Source: Felis catus (lineage: Eukaryota). From it: DNA of 64,000 nucleotides. Made by a program: the position numbers and the translations under genes. The DNA is taken from contig NC_058373.1 of assembly GCF_018350175.1 (NCBI RefSeq), forward strand, positions 109,494,001 through 109,558,000, read 5' to 3'. The notes beneath the pieces are model-generated. The model saw nothing but the letters and a program-made list of their open reading frames with translations, was not told the DNA's origin and made no database searches. This document shows positions 62,431-64,000 of the stretch, piece after piece. The stretch's first letter is position 1, and each line of letters opens with the position of its first letter.

Positions 62431-64000
62431 CGGGTGTGATCTTCTTAACCTGCTGGGCCTAGAGTTCGCCAATGGTGAGTTGCCATCCTGAGCCATGTTT
62501 CCGAAGAGGACTCTTCAACCCTTATTGATTAGACTTGACACATACATAGTTCCATCTGCAATGTCACAAGAGAAGGACAACAAAGAGACACCAAGAGTGC
62601 CTTTCTTTCACAATCTCCAATTTCCTCATAGTATAGAGCTGTGCATCCCACCTACCTCCCCATCAGCGTCAGCCTAATAAGAATGACAGTTTATAGTCAC
62701 TGAGCACCTACTGTGTACCAGGATCCTTGGAATCTGCTGTGTTCTCACATATGTTATCTCTCAGCCTTACAATAATTCCGTAAATCAGTGATTCTTTTCT
62801 CCCTTTTCCTTTGGGAGAAGTAGAGGCTCAGTTGTTTTGTCATCTGCTCCTCTCCAAAGCCTTCGACAGCACTGGGGATGGTAAATAAGCTTGTTTCATC
62901 TCTACAACCAAGTGTCAGAAGGTGCTGCCTGGGACACTGTGTCAAGAAGACGTCCGGATGGTCACAGTGCGGAGGGCAGAGGCTCATCACCTTCATCACG
63001 GGTATGGGAAAGGGGAATGACGTCTGGATGCCACTTTTTTGCAATCCTTGCACTAGGCCACACCACTTGCCTCTCTACACGCGGAGCGAGAGGTTGCTCT
63101 GGGATTTTAAAGGCTACGCAAGGCTCTAATACCTACAGACTATCTTGGTGCCATAGTCTGGGCATATGCCACCTTCTCTTCTACCTCTGTTGACACTTAC
63201 ACCGTTGACGTCACTCTCTTGAGGTAGAAACAAAGATGTAACTTGATGTCTCCAGGCACAGGCCCTGGAGAGCCTTTTCTTATCTTGCTTTATTGTCATC
63301 TTCATATGGATTCATTGTCACCTTGGAGGATAAGTGACGAGAAACAGCTTCACTGGGGACAAGGAGAGGGGAGAAGGGGCGTAGATGAGCAATCGTCTTG
63401 AGGTCTGGGGAAGCAGGACAACAGAGGAGGAATGAGCTGAGTGCCTGAAGGAGGAGACTAAGCAACCGAGGCCTGGCCCATGGAGACAGCCCCAAACGGG
63501 GAGTGTCTGGGGGTGGGCAGTGTATGCAGGAGATGAAGACATTACGAGAGCCTGGCGACTCTCTTCCCTGGCTCAGGCATGCTGCCTCTCAGTGGTACAG
63601 CTTCCTAGCTGGCTTGGGCAGGTCCCTTCCCTCAGCCTTAATTTCCTCATCTGTAACGTGATGGGGTTGAACCCTATGACTCATAAGGTCCTTCCTAACG
63701 CCAAGGTAACACCTAACACTAATTTAAAGTGTTCTGTGAACAGAACAAGCTGAGGGCAAGTCAGACGGAAAACCCAAAGGGTCCTATTACAATAAAGTCG
63801 TCCAGATTTGTGCACAAATCTTGACTCTGACGCTTGCCAACTTGTGATCTTGGACAAGTCTCGTCACCCCCAGGGTCTCAGCCCTCAACAAAACAGAAAA
63901 TGCCTCCTTCAGAGGCTTCATGTGACGATTCTACAAAATGACACCTATAAATTGCTCATCTCAGTGCTTTTCACATGATAAGCAGGCGACAAATGTTGCT

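Noticed and set aside
1..64000. A novel multi-gene or prokaryotic-type system
   Set aside because: All convincing coding sequence is explained by RHOJ, GPHB5, an RPL21 pseudogene and transposon relics; any novelty lies in retroelement and repair structures.

Overview
Mammalian genomic DNA, almost certainly from a felid: it is dense in tRNA-derived Can-SINEs of the cat SINEC_Fc type and carries carnivore L1 3' ends. The window holds two convergent genes. RHOJ (+) contributes coding exons 2-5 and its 3' UTR; exon 1 lies upstream of the window. GPHB5 (-) is complete: a putative non-coding exon 1 plus two coding exons giving 130 aa. Also present are an RPL21 processed pseudogene in a GPHB5 intron, about 40 SINEs, two ~620-bp L1 fragments, an ERVL gag/LTR remnant, and MER5/MER53/MIR/L2 relics. 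No prokaryotic system or CRISPR array is present. The most unusual observations are: (1) two independently inserted L1 fragments share the same 5' breakpoint and are ~99% identical in one part but ~91% in the other; (2) a ~300-bp local copy sits in the centre of a palindromic MER53 MITE, so direct repeats flank GPHB5's last exon; (3) RHOJ ends in a Cys-rich tail with CSVL; (4) RHOJ has a candidate alternative exon; (5) one SINE is tail-less and appears internally primed. Repeat family names are recognised from memory of consensus sequences, and identities are hand counts.
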